From Syntrophorhabdaceae bacterium (lineage in GTDB: Bacteria; Desulfobacterota; Syntrophorhabdia; Syntrophorhabdales; Syntrophorhabdaceae): a stretch of 64,000 nucleotides of DNA. The stretch lies in contig CAXXUO010000001.1 of the NCBI GenBank assembly GCA_963666485.2, positions 608,001 to 672,000 of the forward strand, given 5' to 3'. Under the pieces are notes generated by a model. It saw nothing but the letters and a program-made list of their open reading frames with translations. It searched no databases and was not told the origin of the DNA. The translations under genes were made by a program, and so were the position numbers. Of this stretch, positions 1 to 10,837 are shown piece after piece. Numbering within the stretch: position 1 is the first letter of the stretch; each line of letters begins with the position of its first letter.

Positions 1-129
1 AACGCCGGCGGGATAGTCCCGGCCCGTCATATGCGCTGCAAGGTCCTCGAGGTCCTGATCCGATAATTCGCGAAAGATCCCGGTATTTTTAAGTGTTTCG
101 ATCTTGTCCTTATTCTCTTCGTTGTCCAT
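1..129 (-). CDS. Cyclic nucleotide-binding (Crp/cNMP) domain protein, N-terminal part, runs off the window edge
   Basis: Manual translation from ATG at 129: MDNEENKDKIETLKNTGIFRELSDQDLEDLAAHMTGRDYPAGV, typical of the cNMP-domain start (L..F..LS..DL..LA....R.YPAG); GGAG upstream. Confidence 0.7.
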   Translation of the reverse strand, partial: MDNEENKDKIETLKNTGIFRELSDQDLEDLAAHMTGRDYPAGV

Positions 130-330
130 GAGATGGCTCCGGCTGCACGGATGCAGCAGTAAATCCCGGTCGATACCTGTTTCATTATAAAATTAACAGG
201 AAAGAATGTTCAATATTTTAAAAAACTCCCATGTCCTGCACATCCGGCCCGGCCGGTGTCCCGGACGTGACGCCGGCAGGATGACCTTAAGCGGGTCGAC
301 GTGTCAATCGGTCTATCCCCGCGATACGTT

Positions 331-359
331 TTGAACTTTTTGAGAAATTGGTATATACT
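331..359 (+). promoter_or_regulatory. Putative sigma70 promoter of the cmk-ispH-rpsA operon
   Basis: TTGAAC-17 nt-TATACT, about 40 nt upstream of cmk. Confidence 0.45.
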
Positions 360-401
360 TATTACTTGGCTTAAGGCTTTTTTGAGGCTGCGGGAAACAA
401 C

Positions 402-1076
402 GTGACACTGAGAAAAAACACGATCATAACGATTGATGGTCCGAGCGGAGCCGGCAAAAGCACGATCGCAAAACTCCTGGCCTCTACTGCCGGCTACACG
501 TACATTGATTCGGGCGCGATCTACCGCGGTGTGGCATATGCTTATAAGACGCGTAAAAACGGGGAATCCCTGGAAGAGTTCCTCCATGATCTTCCCCTCG
601 CATTTCAGTTCGGTGCCGATACCCGCGTAACCCTATCGGGTAAAGACATCTCCGAAGAAATACGCAAACCTGACATTTCACTTCTCGCTTCCACCCTGTC
701 GCAGCAAGCGCCGGTCCGGCAATACGCGAACCAGGTCCAGCGCAGCCTTGCGGCGGACAAAAATGCTGTACTCGAGGGAAGGGATACGGGAAGCGTCGTT
801 TTCCCGGAGGCAGACATCAAATTTTACCTCGATGCGCGGCCCGACGAACGTGCAAGCCGGCGATACACCGAACTTGCATCGAAGGGTGATGACCAGGAAT
901 TCGATAAAGTCCGGCGGGATATGGAAAAACGTGACGCAAACGATTCGACGCGATCGATAGCGCCGCTCGTCGTCCCGGATGGGGCGATCGTTATCGACAC
1001 GTCGGGAACCGGTATCACCGAGGTTTTACGCATCATACTCAGCCACATACACCAGAGGGAAGGCCAGGAGAAATGA
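402..1076 (+). CDS. cmk: Cytidylate kinase
   Basis: ITIDGPSGAGKST P-loop, DSGAIYR, EGRDTGSVVFP, RDANDSTR; cmk-ispH-rpsA synteny. Confidence 0.97.
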   Translation: MTLRKNTIITIDGPSGAGKSTIAKLLASTAGYTYIDSGAIYRGVAYAYKTRKNGESLEEFLHDLPLAFQFGADTRVTLSGKDISEEIRKPDISLLASTLSQQAPVRQYANQVQRSLAADKNAVLEGRDTGSVVFPEADIKFYLDARPDERASRRYTELASKGDDQEFDKVRRDMEKRDANDSTRSIAPLVVPDGAIVIDTSGTGITEVLRIILSHIHQREGQEK

Positions 1077-1891
1077 ACGTCATAAAAACAAAGAATATCG
1101 GTTTTTGCTTCGGCGTAAAACGGGCTATCAAAATGGTGCTCAAGGCTGCGGAACAAGGCGATAAGGTCTTTACGATAGGCCCCATTATTCATAATCCCCA
1201 GATGGTCGAATTGCTGAAAGAAAAGGGGATCACTCCCGTCGATGACGTCTACCAGGTCAAAGAGGGTACGGTCGTGTTCCGCACGCACGGGATAAGAAAG
1301 GAAGAAGAGGAATATGTCCGCAAAAGCGGCCTGAAATCGATAGACACGACATGCCCGTTCGTAAAGAATGTCCGCAAGCATGCAAAGTACCTGGAGAGGA
1401 GCGGCTACCAGGTTGTTATTGTTGGGGATAAGAACCATCCCGAGGTCAAAAGCGTCTTGAGTTATTTGGATAATGATGGTATTGTACTACAAGAACCAAC
1501 AACATTGACTGCCAAAAAGGTGGGAGTTGTCAGTCAAACGACCCTCGATAAAGGGACGTTCGTTTCGATTGTAAAGGAGCTTATCGCGGGAGTCGAAGAG
1601 CTCAGGATATACAATACGATCTGCGAAAGCACGCAGATACGGCAAAACGAAGCGATTGAATTATCGGGCGAAGTCGACATGATGCTGGTGGTGGGGGGAA
1701 AGAACAGTTCAAACTGCACGAAGCTTTACAAGGTCGTTCATAAAGTCCAGCCGAATACCCATCATATTGAAACCGTCGATGACCTTCGTCCGGAATGGTT
1801 TGCGAACGTATCACGTATAGGTTTAACGGGCGGGGCATCAACACCCGACCTTATCATAGATATTGTTGAAGGCCGCGTAAAAAATTTCTAG
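1073..1891 (+). CDS. ispH: 4-hydroxy-3-methylbut-2-enyl diphosphate reductase
   Basis: GFCFGVKRA, IIHN, TCPFV, HPEV, TICEST, SSN and GASTP motifs. Confidence 0.97.
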   Translation: MNVIKTKNIGFCFGVKRAIKMVLKAAEQGDKVFTIGPIIHNPQMVELLKEKGITPVDDVYQVKEGTVVFRTHGIRKEEEEYVRKSGLKSIDTTCPFVKNVRKHAKYLERSGYQVVIVGDKNHPEVKSVLSYLDNDGIVLQEPTTLTAKKVGVVSQTTLDKGTFVSIVKELIAGVEELRIYNTICESTQIRQNEAIELSGEVDMMLVVGGKNSSNCTKLYKVVHKVQPNTHHIETVDDLRPEWFANVSRIGLTGGASTPDLIIDIVEGRVKNF

Positions 1892-1901
1892 GGGGCACAC
1901 C

Positions 1902-3617
1902 ATGATGGTGGAAGATTCCGCGACACCAAAAGACAACACACAGGAGGACATGCAGACATTATACGAAACGTCGATGAAAAGCCTCCAGGAAGGCAACATA
2001 CTGACGGGCAAGGTAATAAATATCGCGGGCGATTCTGTCATTATCGATGTTGGCCTGAAATCCGAAGGAATAGTACCGCTGCACGAATTTTCACCGCGTG
2101 AGGGCAGTGAGCACCCCGTAAGCGTCGACGATGAGGTAGAGGTCATGATCGTCGGCCGCGAGAAAGAATCGGGGCTCCTGAGATTGTCGAAAAAACGCGT
2201 CGATGAGATAAAGACGTGGGAAAAGATAGACAAGTCTCTTGAAGACGGGTCGCCCCTCGAAGGGCATATCGTCTCGGAAGTAAAGGGCGGGTTCATCGTC
2301 GACGTCGGGATCAACGCCTTCCTTCCCCTGTCCCAGGTTGATATAAAACCGGTCAAGAACCCGGCGTCGTTCGTCGGGCGCTCCCTCAAGTTCAAGGTGA
2401 TAAAGTCTAACCGGAGAAAAGGCAGCATCATCCTGTCGCGGCGGGTCCTTCTTGAGGAAGAGCGCGACAAGAAGAGGCAGGAGTTCTGGAAGAACGTCAA
2501 AGACGGCCAGATCATCTACGGTTTTGTCAGGAACATAACCGACTACGGTGCATTCGTCGACCTTGGCGGCGTGGACGGCTTCCTCCACATCAATGACATA
2601 ACCTGGGGAAAGATCACGCACCCCAAGGAATATTTAAGGATAGGGGACGAGGTCAAGGTCAAGATCATAGCGATCGACACGGAAAAAGGCCGTGTTTCCA
2701 TCGGTATGAAACAGCTGAAGACGGACCCGTGGCTGAAGATCGACGAAAAATACCCTCCCGGGACAAGGGTCAAAGGCAAGGTTGTCGGGATCGTGGAATA
2801 CGGCGCATTCGTTGAGCTGGAACAGGGCCTCGAAGGGCTTCTCCATGTCAGTGAAATGAGCTGGGACAAGAAATTCAAGAACCCGTCAAAAATGGTCAAC
2901 AAGGGCGACGCACTCGACCTTGTCGTGCTCAAGATCGACTTCGACAAGAAACGTATATCCCTTGGCTTGAAGCAGCTGGCCCCCGATCCGTGGGACGAAC
3001 TTGAAGCGAACTATCCCCCTGGATCGATCGTGAAGGGCAAGGTGAAGAACTTCACCGAATTCGGTATGTTCGTCGGCATCGGGAACGGTATCGACGGCCT
3101 TGTGCACATGTCCGAGCTTTCATGGTCGCGAAGAAAGAAGACCTCGCAGGAACAGCTCAAGAAAGGCATGGCGATAGACGCACTCGTACTCAATATCGAC
3201 AAGGGGCAGAAGAAATTTTCGTTAAGCTTGAAACGCCTTAAAGAAGACCCCTGGAAGGGTGTTTCCAATCGCTATTCCGTGGGAGACGTCATCGAGGGGC
3301 ACATTACCAGTATCACCGATTTCGGGGTTTTCGTAGAGATCGAAGAAGGGGTTGAAGGCCTCATTCACGTGTCCGAAATGGATGAGCTGCAGGGGAAACA
3401 GCCGTCCGAGGTATTCAAGCTCGACGATACGATACAGGCGGCCATCCTGAACATTGATGAAAAAGACAAGAGAATAGCGCTGAGCACGAAGGTACTGAGA
3501 AAGAGGGAAACCAAGACGGTATCCGAGGTCCGCGAAGAAACCGGCGGCGCGTTTTCTACTCTTGGCGATATCCTCGAACCGGCAATGAAGAAGAACAGCG
3601 AAAACGACGAATCATAA
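1902..3617 (+). CDS. rpsA: 30S ribosomal protein S1
   Basis: Six S1 repeats ([27 protein letters not shown], etc.). Confidence 0.97.
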   Translation: MMVEDSATPKDNTQEDMQTLYETSMKSLQEGNILTGKVINIAGDSVIIDVGLKSEGIVPLHEFSPREGSEHPVSVDDEVEVMIVGREKESGLLRLSKKRVDEIKTWEKIDKSLEDGSPLEGHIVSEVKGGFIVDVGINAFLPLSQVDIKPVKNPASFVGRSLKFKVIKSNRRKGSIILSRRVLLEEERDKKRQEFWKNVKDGQIIYGFVRNITDYGAFVDLGGVDGFLHINDITWGKITHPKEYLRIGDEVKVKIIAIDTEKGRVSIGMKQLKTDPWLKIDEKYPPGTRVKGKVVGIVEYGAFVELEQGLEGLLHVSEMSWDKKFKNPSKMVNKGDALDLVVLKIDFDKKRISLGLKQLAPDPWDELEANYPPGSIVKGKVKNFTEFGMFVGIGNGIDGLVHMSELSWSRRKKTSQEQLKKGMAIDALVLNIDKGQKKFSLSLKRLKEDPWKGVSNRYSVGDVIEGHITSITDFGVFVEIEEGVEGLIHVSEMDELQGKQPSEVFKLDDTIQAAILNIDEKDKRIALSTKVLRKRETKTVSEVREETGGAFSTLGDILEPAMKKNSENDES

Positions 3618-3629
3618 AAGGAAAGAACC

Positions 3630-3812
3630 ATGCCCATCAGTCAGGACCTTATAGATATCCTGTGTTGCCCTAAATGTAAGGGAGATCTGACATTATCCTC
3701 CTCGCCCGAAGGGTTCGTGTGCGCGAAATGCGGGCTCCTTTACCCTGTACGGGACGGGATCCCCATCATGCTCACCTCGGAGGCAATTCCCGTAAAGCCG
3801 GAAAAGCCTTGA
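3630..3812 (+). CDS. Trm112/YcaR family protein
   Basis: LIDILCCPKCKGDL...C..C.LLYPVRDGIPIML signature. Confidence 0.9.
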   Translation: MPISQDLIDILCCPKCKGDLTLSSSPEGFVCAKCGLLYPVRDGIPIMLTSEAIPVKPEKP

Positions 3813-3822
3813 AACAGGACAG

Positions 3823-4728
3823 GTGAACATCGATCTTTTCCTTATTGCCCTCATTAAATTACTGCAATACACCCTGCGGGCCCTGCCGGAAAGCATGCAG
3901 GCCGCCACGGGGCGCCTCTTTGGCTCCCTGGGATACGCGATCCTCAGGAACCGCCGCAACATAGCGATCGCCAATATACAGCGGGCCTTCCCCGACCATA
4001 CGCGGGACGATGCCGTCAGGATCGCCCGGGGCTTTTTCAAAAACCTCGGCACGAACATGATCGAACTGCTCATGGCACCCTTTGTCCCCGAGGCCGAGGT
4101 ATCCCAAAGGTTTTCCTTCGAACCGAAGGACATAGCGGAGCGGACCTTAGGCTCGGGGCGCGGCGTCATCGCGCTCACATTTCACTATGGAAACTGGGAG
4201 ATCCTGGGGATCACGTCGAAGCTGCTCAATCAGCCCGTCGTCGCGCTCGCGCGCCCCTTGAAGAAGCACGCCCGCCTGAATGCCTTCCTCAACAGCCTCC
4301 GCGAATCGACAGGCCTCACGATAATTGTAAACGAGAACACGGCCAAAGAGGTCCTGCGGCTCCTCAAGCGGAACGCCATCATCGCCATTCTCGCCGACCA
4401 GCGCGAAAAGCGCTCCCGCGGAGTGATGGTCGATTTCTTCGGCCACAAGGTCCCGACATCCAAGGGCACCGCAATGATCGGCATGAAGACAGGATGCCTC
4501 GTCGTCCCCTGTTATGCGGTGCGCAAAGGCTTCCTTCGCTACACCATCATGTGCGGCGAACCGATCGTCATGGAACGCGAAGGTGACATCGAAGAGCTCA
4601 TTGCGAAGAACACGCGTAAGATAAACGCTTTCCTTGAAGACATAATCCGCAAGCACCCCGAAGAATGGTTCTGGGTCCACCAGAGATGGGGCCGCCCGAA
4701 CAGAAAACACAGACAGCACCGCTCCTAA
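3823..4728 (+). CDS. Lipid A biosynthesis acyltransferase (LpxL/HtrB family)
   Basis: HYGNWE acyltransferase motif, LADQ, V.FFG, PEEWFWVHQRW. Confidence 0.9.
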   Translation: MNIDLFLIALIKLLQYTLRALPESMQAATGRLFGSLGYAILRNRRNIAIANIQRAFPDHTRDDAVRIARGFFKNLGTNMIELLMAPFVPEAEVSQRFSFEPKDIAERTLGSGRGVIALTFHYGNWEILGITSKLLNQPVVALARPLKKHARLNAFLNSLRESTGLTIIVNENTAKEVLRLLKRNAIIAILADQREKRSRGVMVDFFGHKVPTSKGTAMIGMKTGCLVVPCYAVRKGFLRYTIMCGEPIVMEREGDIEELIAKNTRKINAFLEDIIRKHPEEWFWVHQRWGRPNRKHRQHRS

Positions 4729-4743
4729 CGTCCAACTTCTACC

Positions 4744-4945
4744 ATCGTCATTCCGGCTTGCCGGAATCCAGCGTCTTTTCTTTTTCTAACTTTTCAGGTT
4801 GCAATTTACTCGACCAATTGTTTTCCCTAAAATTATCTAAGGAGCTCTAGAGTTTAAAGACCGATATTTATATTGTAGTGGTTTCCCTGAATGATAAAGC
4901 AAAACAAAGACGCTGGATTCCGGCGCCAAGCGCCGGAATGACGAT
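4744..4945. repeat. Inverted pair of REP-like palindromes enclosing an AT-rich spacer
   Basis: ATCGTCATTCCGGCTTGCCGGAATCCAGCGTCTTT (4744-4778) and its near reverse complement at 4906-4945. Confidence 0.85.
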
Positions 4946-4982
4946 TAGGCAATGGATAATTCGTCGCTATGTGCTTGTTATT

Positions 4983-5777
4983 CTATTTCCGGCTGTATAA
5001 TATCCTGTCGATGAGCCAGCCTATTTTTGATGACCTTTCTTGTTTCTCACGATCTTCCTGCATCCTGGATATGGTCTTTTCGCCGGAAAGGTGTTCGAAA
5101 GTGCGCAGGAAAATAAGGCGTTCCCTATCGTTGACCGGCGCTCCAAACTGGCTGCTGTATTTCCGCACGTGCCTGTCAAGGCGCCAAAACATTTTTATAT
5201 AATCTTCGGTATGCAGCTTTTTCCGATATGCCTTGTCGAAATCGAGAAACAGCAGGCGTGCTGAAAGGTGGACAAGCACGTTTTTCAGGTGAAGGTCCGG
5301 GTGATACACGCCGAGGTCCCCGAGCATAACAAAATAAATAGCCAGTTTTCGCGCCATCCGCAGCCGGTCGCGCTTCCCTGACGACCTGAAATATTCGACG
5401 AGATCACGGGCGTCGCCTTCGAAGTATGTTATAAAAAAAAGCTCGTTTGCGATGATGCCTGATCGCGAGATGTACCCGAAAGGTTTCACGACCGGGAAGC
5501 CCTGTTCTTCGAGATATGCCGTGACGTTCAATTCATCGGATGCGCGCTTCTCTCCCGGGAATGCACCTCTCGTTATGCCCCTCAGCCACCCCCCGTGCAG
5601 GTACTGCCTGACAACATATACCTTCCCGCCAAATTCGAAAACACCGGGAGCGCCTCGTCCCGCGTTCAGCCTGCGGTCCGGCTTCATGGCCCTTTCAACA
5701 AATCCCGCAGCATCATCGCACTGCCCACGGTAAACAAGACTGCAACGCCCCACCTTCTCCCGCTTAAATTTTGCCAT
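4983..5777 (-). CDS. Kdo/lipopolysaccharide kinase (KdkA-like)
   Basis: GRG loop, VRQYLHGG, YHPDLHLKNVL catalytic loop and LDFDKA; next to the lipid A acyltransferase. Confidence 0.8.
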   Translation of the reverse strand: MAKFKREKVGRCSLVYRGQCDDAAGFVERAMKPDRRLNAGRGAPGVFEFGGKVYVVRQYLHGGWLRGITRGAFPGEKRASDELNVTAYLEEQGFPVVKPFGYISRSGIIANELFFITYFEGDARDLVEYFRSSGKRDRLRMARKLAIYFVMLGDLGVYHPDLHLKNVLVHLSARLLFLDFDKAYRKKLHTEDYIKMFWRLDRHVRKYSSQFGAPVNDRERLIFLRTFEHLSGEKTISRMQEDREKQERSSKIGWLIDRILYSRK

Positions 5778-5790
5778 TCTTACCCACTAG

Positions 5791-5986
5791 TCGTCATCCC
5801 GGGCGAATGCCGGAACCCTACCACCACCGTCATCCCGGCGAAGGCCGGGATCCAGCGTCTTGATGTTTCTCCATTTTTCCTGATTAGGATTGTATACGAT
5901 AAATAGAAAGCAGGCAATAGGCGATAGGCAACCGCAAGAAACAAGCAAAACCTTGAATCCCGGTGTCAAGCACCGGGATGACGACG
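5791..5986. repeat. Cluster of three REP-like palindromes
   Basis: CGTCATCCCGG..CCGGGATCCAGCGTCTT (5828-5861), a degenerate copy at 5791-5818 and an inverted copy at 5953-5986. Confidence 0.8.
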
Positions 5987-5996
5987 AGGTGGAAGT

Positions 5997-6042
5997 CTTT
6001 CGCCTTTAGCCTTTAGCCGTACGCCGTTAGCCGTACGCCGTT
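5997..6042. repeat. Heptamer tandem repeat (CCTTTAG/CCGTTAG/CCGTACG)
   Basis: Near reverse complement of the array at 60713-60778. Confidence 0.8.
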
Positions 6043-6764
6043 CATATTTCCATCTCCATCCCATCTTCCGCAATCAGGTACGGGTCGTGAAGCACCCCCG
6101 CATACGTGTCCCAGTCGGGATAAAGATGCGTGAGAAGAACACGCTTCGGCCCCGCCTTTTTCACCATTTTATCGAGTGCTTCCAGGTTCAGGTGCCCTTT
6201 TACCTTACGTTCCGGGAAAGCGCATTCGGCAACGAGGACATCGGCCCTCTGCGCCAACCGTATGAGATTTTGCGAATAATCCGTATCGCCCGAAAACGTC
6301 AATGACCTTTTTTCGTCAAGCCTGATCGCGATGCTTTCCGGATTATGTTTGACCGGTGCGGCGGTAATAGTAACCCCATTGTATGCCAGGGATCCGTTGA
6401 CGAGGCGCTTCACGGTGAGATCGTATGTTTTCGGGTGGACCCAGGGATAGATCTTTTTCAACCCCCGGTAAAACCGCGTGATCCCGTTGCCGCCAATGAC
6501 CATAAGCGGTTTCTCCCGCGCGACCTTCCCGTAATTGCATGCAAAGAAAAAGGTAGAGAGGTCCGCCGTATGATCGACATGGAAATGCGTGATAATCACG
6601 ACGTCGACATCATCGACATCGAAACCCCGCTCGAGAAGCCGTCTGACGACCGAGGGGCCGACATCCACGAGAATGTTGAGGCCTCTCGCCGTTACGAGGT
6701 ACGCGGAAGAGTTTCTCTCGAGACGGGGAATAGCAGTCCCCGTTCCCAGAATATGAAGTTTCAT
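6042..6764 (-). CDS. MBL-fold metallo-hydrolase (RNase Z/ElaC-like)
   Basis: MKLHILGTG start, THFHVDH motif, FSGDT, ECAF, GHL, LTHLY. Confidence 0.85.
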   Translation of the reverse strand: MKLHILGTGTAIPRLERNSSAYLVTARGLNILVDVGPSVVRRLLERGFDVDDVDVVIITHFHVDHTADLSTFFFACNYGKVAREKPLMVIGGNGITRFYRGLKKIYPWVHPKTYDLTVKRLVNGSLAYNGVTITAAPVKHNPESIAIRLDEKRSLTFSGDTDYSQNLIRLAQRADVLVAECAFPERKVKGHLNLEALDKMVKKAGPKRVLLTHLYPDWDTYAGVLHDPYLIAEDGMEMEI

Positions 6765-6898
6765 ATACGAATGATACGGCAAAGAAAATAGAAAAGCAAC
6801 GCGTTGCTAATGAAGGCTGTATATGGTAAAAATATTCGTACTTTATGACCACTCGCACTGCCTGAAAGTGGACCGAAGACTATTTGATCGAGGACAAC

Positions 6899-8581
6899 AT
6901 GACCGAGGAAATCACCCCCACGCAAACCGATTTTATACGCGAGATCATCGATAATGACCTTAAAACGGGAAAACATGACCGGATAGCCACCCGTTTCCCG
7001 CCGGAACCGAACGGATACCTCCACATAGGGCATGCCAAATCCGTCTGCCTCAACTTCGGACTTGCCGCGCAATATAGAGGCACCTGCAACCTGCGCATGG
7101 ACGACACCGACCCGGCAGGGGAGTCAATGGAATTCGTCGGGTCGATCCAGAACGACGTCAGGTGGCTGGGTTTTGACTGGGATGACCGGCTGTTTTACGC
7201 CTCCGACTATTTCGAAAAGCTCTATCAGTTCGCGATCGATCTCATCAAGGCCGGGAAGGCGTACGTGTGCAGCCTCAGCGCTGACGAGATGCGGGAATAC
7301 AGGGGAACTCTCACTGAACCGGGAAAGGACAGTCCCTATCGCGGCAGATCGATCGAGGAGAACCTCGACCTCTTCTCCCGTATGCGGGCAGGCGAGTTCA
7401 AGGACGGGGAACACGTCCTCAGGGCAAAGATAGATATGGCTTCGCCCAATATCACCATGCGTGACCCGGTGATCTACCGGATAAAAAGAACTGGCCACTA
7501 TCGCATGGCAGATACATGGGTCATATACCCCATGTATGATTTCGCCCATTGCCTTTCGGATTCGATCGAACGGATAACCCATTCGATATGCACGCTTGAA
7601 TTCGAGAACAACCGTCCGCTCTATGACTGGTTCGTCAACGAGCTTATCGACGGCCCCAAACCCAGGCAGATCGAATTTGCCCGCCTCAATTTGAGTTACA
7701 CCATCCTGAGCAAACGACGGCTCATCGAGCTCGTTGAGAATAAACTCGTCAACGGATGGGATGACCCCCGCATGCCGACCGTTGCCGGCATGAGGCGGCG
7801 CGGATATACGGCGCGCGCGATACGGGAGTTTTGCTCACGAATCGGCGTCGCAAAGAAGGATAACCTTGTGGATATCGCACTGCTCGAGCACTGCGTGCGC
7901 GAAGACCTGAACGATTCAGCACCGCGGGCAATGGCCGTCTTGCACCCCCTCAAGGTTGTCATCGATAATTATCCCGAGGACCGGGTCGAGGAAATGGAAT
8001 GCGCGAATCATCCCCAAAAACCGGAAATGGGCACCCGCAGCGTCCCGTTCTCAAAGACCATTTATATAGAAAAAGACGATTTCATGGAAAATCCTCCCCG
8101 AAAATATAAACGGCTTGGCCCCGGCCGCGAGATCCGGCTAAGGAACTCGTACGTCATCCGCTTCGCATCGATGGTCAAGGACGAAGCCACGGGCGAGGTC
8201 ACCGAACTGCACTGCACATATGACCCCGACACGAAGAACGCGGCCCCGGCAGACGGCCGGAAGGTCGACGGCGTTATACACTGGGTCTCCGCCGCGCATG
8301 CCGTCCCCGCCACGGTCCGCCTATATGACAGACTGTTCAAGGTCGCCGACCCCGCCTCGGTGGAAGGCGAAATGACCGATCTTTTAAATCCCGGGTCACT
8401 TGAGGTCATTGTGAACGCCTGTGTCGAACCAGGCCTTGGCGAGGTGGCGGCTGAAGAAAAGTACCAGTTCGAGCGTATCGGTTATTTCTGCTGTGATACG
8501 AAGGATTCGGCCCCCGGGAAGCCGGTTTTCAACCGAATCGTGACGCTGCGCGATTCCTGGGCGAAGATCGCCGGCAAATAG
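6899..8581 (+). CDS. glnS: Glutaminyl-tRNA synthetase
   Basis: [50 protein letters not shown]. Confidence 0.97.
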   Translation: MTEEITPTQTDFIREIIDNDLKTGKHDRIATRFPPEPNGYLHIGHAKSVCLNFGLAAQYRGTCNLRMDDTDPAGESMEFVGSIQNDVRWLGFDWDDRLFYASDYFEKLYQFAIDLIKAGKAYVCSLSADEMREYRGTLTEPGKDSPYRGRSIEENLDLFSRMRAGEFKDGEHVLRAKIDMASPNITMRDPVIYRIKRTGHYRMADTWVIYPMYDFAHCLSDSIERITHSICTLEFENNRPLYDWFVNELIDGPKPRQIEFARLNLSYTILSKRRLIELVENKLVNGWDDPRMPTVAGMRRRGYTARAIREFCSRIGVAKKDNLVDIALLEHCVREDLNDSAPRAMAVLHPLKVVIDNYPEDRVEEMECANHPQKPEMGTRSVPFSKTIYIEKDDFMENPPRKYKRLGPGREIRLRNSYVIRFASMVKDEATGEVTELHCTYDPDTKNAAPADGRKVDGVIHWVSAAHAVPATVRLYDRLFKVADPASVEGEMTDLLNPGSLEVIVNACVEPGLGEVAAEEKYQFERIGYFCCDTKDSAPGKPVFNRIVTLRDSWAKIAGK

Positions 8582-8603
8582 TATCGACCATGAAGGAGCA
8601 AAG

Positions 8604-9590
8604 ATGTCCCGTTTTACTCAAGCGATAATCTTCGCAGTTCTTGCCATTTGTTTCTTCATTGTGCCTGCATGGGCATCAGATAAGAAGCCTGTCTTCGTTT
8701 TTGCTTCCGTGGAAGAGGGAAAGGCAATACTGACCGCACGCGATGACTTCATCCAGAACATGAGCCCTCTCGACCGGGCCATCAGGATGCGGTCCGAGAA
8801 ACCCGTATCCGTGGATGAATTCTTGACATTCGTCGGGAACAACGTCATCGCGTGGGAAGACGAGGACAGGGAACAGATACAGAGGGTCCTGAACTCGCTC
8901 GCGCCAAAATTCGAGGTGTATGCGCACTATCTTCCCGATAAGATCTACCTTGTCAGAACCACGGGAAGTGAAGAGGGGGGGGTCGCCTATACCCGCGGCA
9001 ACGCGATCGTCTTCCCCCGGCGGCTTGGTATACCGGACCCTGTCAGTTTGTACAAGCTCATCTCTCACGAGCTGTTTCACGTCATCACCCGGCAGAATAA
9101 GCACCTCAGGGAGGAGCTTTACAGCACCATAGGGTTCAGAAAATGCCCTGCTTACAGCCTGCCGAAAAACCTCGATCACCGGCGTATCACGAACCCCGAT
9201 GCCCCGTTGAACGAATACTGCATCAAGGTAAAAGCATCAGGAAAGGACATTATCGTCCTTCCCCTGCTTTATTCCCAGGTCGATACGTACAACAAGCGGG
9301 ATGGTGAGGAGTTGTTCGATTATCTCCAGGCAGCGTACATCTCGGTCGCGCGGATTAAGGGTCCCGGGCAGAAACCAGTCATGCTGAAAGACAGGGAGAT
9401 GACCCTGTATAAAGAGGAGGAATTGCAGAACCTGTACGAGCAGATAGGGCAGAACACGGATTACACGATACATCCGGAAGAGATACTGGCAGATAATTTT
9501 TCGTATCTTTTCTTTGACATAACGGAAGTAGAATCGCCGCAGATCATCGAGAAGATGAAGAAGGTGTTTAAGGCGGGTAAAAATAGGTGA
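8604..9590 (+). CDS. Secreted protein, putative zinc metallopeptidase
   Basis: Signal peptide ending AWA; HELFH (HExxH) and downstream HPEEILADNF. Confidence 0.65.
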   Translation: MSRFTQAIIFAVLAICFFIVPAWASDKKPVFVFASVEEGKAILTARDDFIQNMSPLDRAIRMRSEKPVSVDEFLTFVGNNVIAWEDEDREQIQRVLNSLAPKFEVYAHYLPDKIYLVRTTGSEEGGVAYTRGNAIVFPRRLGIPDPVSLYKLISHELFHVITRQNKHLREELYSTIGFRKCPAYSLPKNLDHRRITNPDAPLNEYCIKVKASGKDIIVLPLLYSQVDTYNKRDGEELFDYLQAAYISVARIKGPGQKPVMLKDREMTLYKEEELQNLYEQIGQNTDYTIHPEEILADNFSYLFFDITEVESPQIIEKMKKVFKAGKNR

Positions 9591-9596
9591 TGGGTA

Positions 9597-10082
9597 ATGG
9601 GTAACAGGCCGCAAAAGGTCTTGTATGACATCTTGTTTAGAAGTTTGTTCGGATTGTCCATACTGATCATCATGACAGGGACCGCTGCGCTGGCGGGGGA
9701 AATCGCGACTGATGTAGAGAAGCTCCTGCGGGACATCCGCCAGGACCAACCGGTGCCTGCAGTCCCCTACCTGGAGAAGTCTGAGCCCATGAATGTTGAT
9801 TGCGCTTTTTACCGGGGCAGCTATGAGGGTATCGAAATATCCGTCGAAACTCATCCGAAAAGCCAGCGGGTCGCCTCGATCCTCCTGCGGGCCCCGGGGC
9901 CCGACCGGACTAAACAAATTCTCCCCGCCGTCAAACGCGTGATCGGCCCGCCCCGCTCGAGCAGCCCGAAAAGATCTGAGTACGGCTGGGAGTGGCCCGG
10001 CTACCGGGCCGCCTCGCTCCACTATGCAAAAGGCGTCAGGGCGGGGGAAGGATTCACGATTGTCTCGATCTTTTACCGGTAA
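9597..10082 (+). CDS. Hypothetical exported protein
   Basis: 161-aa ORF with an N-terminal hydrophobic segment, directly after the previous gene; start uncertain. Confidence 0.6.
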   Translation: MGNRPQKVLYDILFRSLFGLSILIIMTGTAALAGEIATDVEKLLRDIRQDQPVPAVPYLEKSEPMNVDCAFYRGSYEGIEISVETHPKSQRVASILLRAPGPDRTKQILPAVKRVIGPPRSSSPKRSEYGWEWPGYRAASLHYAKGVRAGEGFTIVSIFYR

Positions 10083-10131
10083 TTTCGTGGTACGGCATTG
10101 TAATCAGATACGCATATCGCGAAAGACCCGA

Positions 10132-10695
10132 TCATATTCCATGAGTTTCCGGCACCTCAATGGTGATCGGCCAGGCATACGTGCCCGGCTGTGCATCATC
10201 TGAAAGGATCAAACGATAACTGAATTCGACCATCTCGGCGCCCCTGACGTAGGGCCTTCGTGCGGAAGCCTTACCGCCATCGATATAGACATTCGTCCCA
10301 TTGCCTTTGACATGGGCAGCACTGAACGGCGTCATGTCGGCCCCGCGGAACGTGAAGATATAACCGTGCGGGTCATTGCTCTTCACCTCTAGCCGGGACC
10401 CTGAATTTATATCGATAAATCCCCGTTGAATATCGGCCTGCGTTATCCTGACCTGGGACACCTGGTAAAGCACCTTCATGTGGGAATGGGCTATGACCCT
10501 GGCGGATATCCGGACCTTGCATACAGCGGGACCGGCATATGCCAGGCCGGCTTGACCGGCTGCGGCGATGGCAACGACCACTGCGACCGTGGCCGCAATG
10601 ATAATATTATGAGATCTGAAACCCCGCGAAATCTTCCTCCGGGCAATACAACCCTTTTCGACGAGCATAATCCCGATCTTTTTGCCAATACGCAA
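10132..10695 (-). CDS. Hypothetical secreted beta-rich protein
   Basis: Hydrophobic signal-like segment; C-terminus PGTYAWPITIEV; start uncertain. Confidence 0.6.
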   Translation of the reverse strand: MRIGKKIGIMLVEKGCIARRKISRGFRSHNIIIAATVAVVVAIAAAGQAGLAYAGPAVCKVRISARVIAHSHMKVLYQVSQVRITQADIQRGFIDINSGSRLEVKSNDPHGYIFTFRGADMTPFSAAHVKGNGTNVYIDGGKASARRPYVRGAEMVEFSYRLILSDDAQPGTYAWPITIEVPETHGI

Positions 10696-10837
10696 TCTAT
10701 TTATGGCGAAACGTCATTATTTCTTGTCTAATACTACGTAAAGTAGTCCACATCTCAATATTATCATCTGATTTCAATAAGGCAATGGGGTTTCATTGAG
10801 GGTACAATATTGGGTTAACTACCATGGTCAGGTATTT

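Noticed and set aside
210..587. 125-aa minus-strand ORF
   Set aside because: Overlaps cmk antisense and its promoter; no homology cues.
10733..10747. ACTAC-N5-GTAGT palindrome upstream of a hypothetical gene
   Set aside because: Only 5-bp arms and a single occurrence; could be chance.
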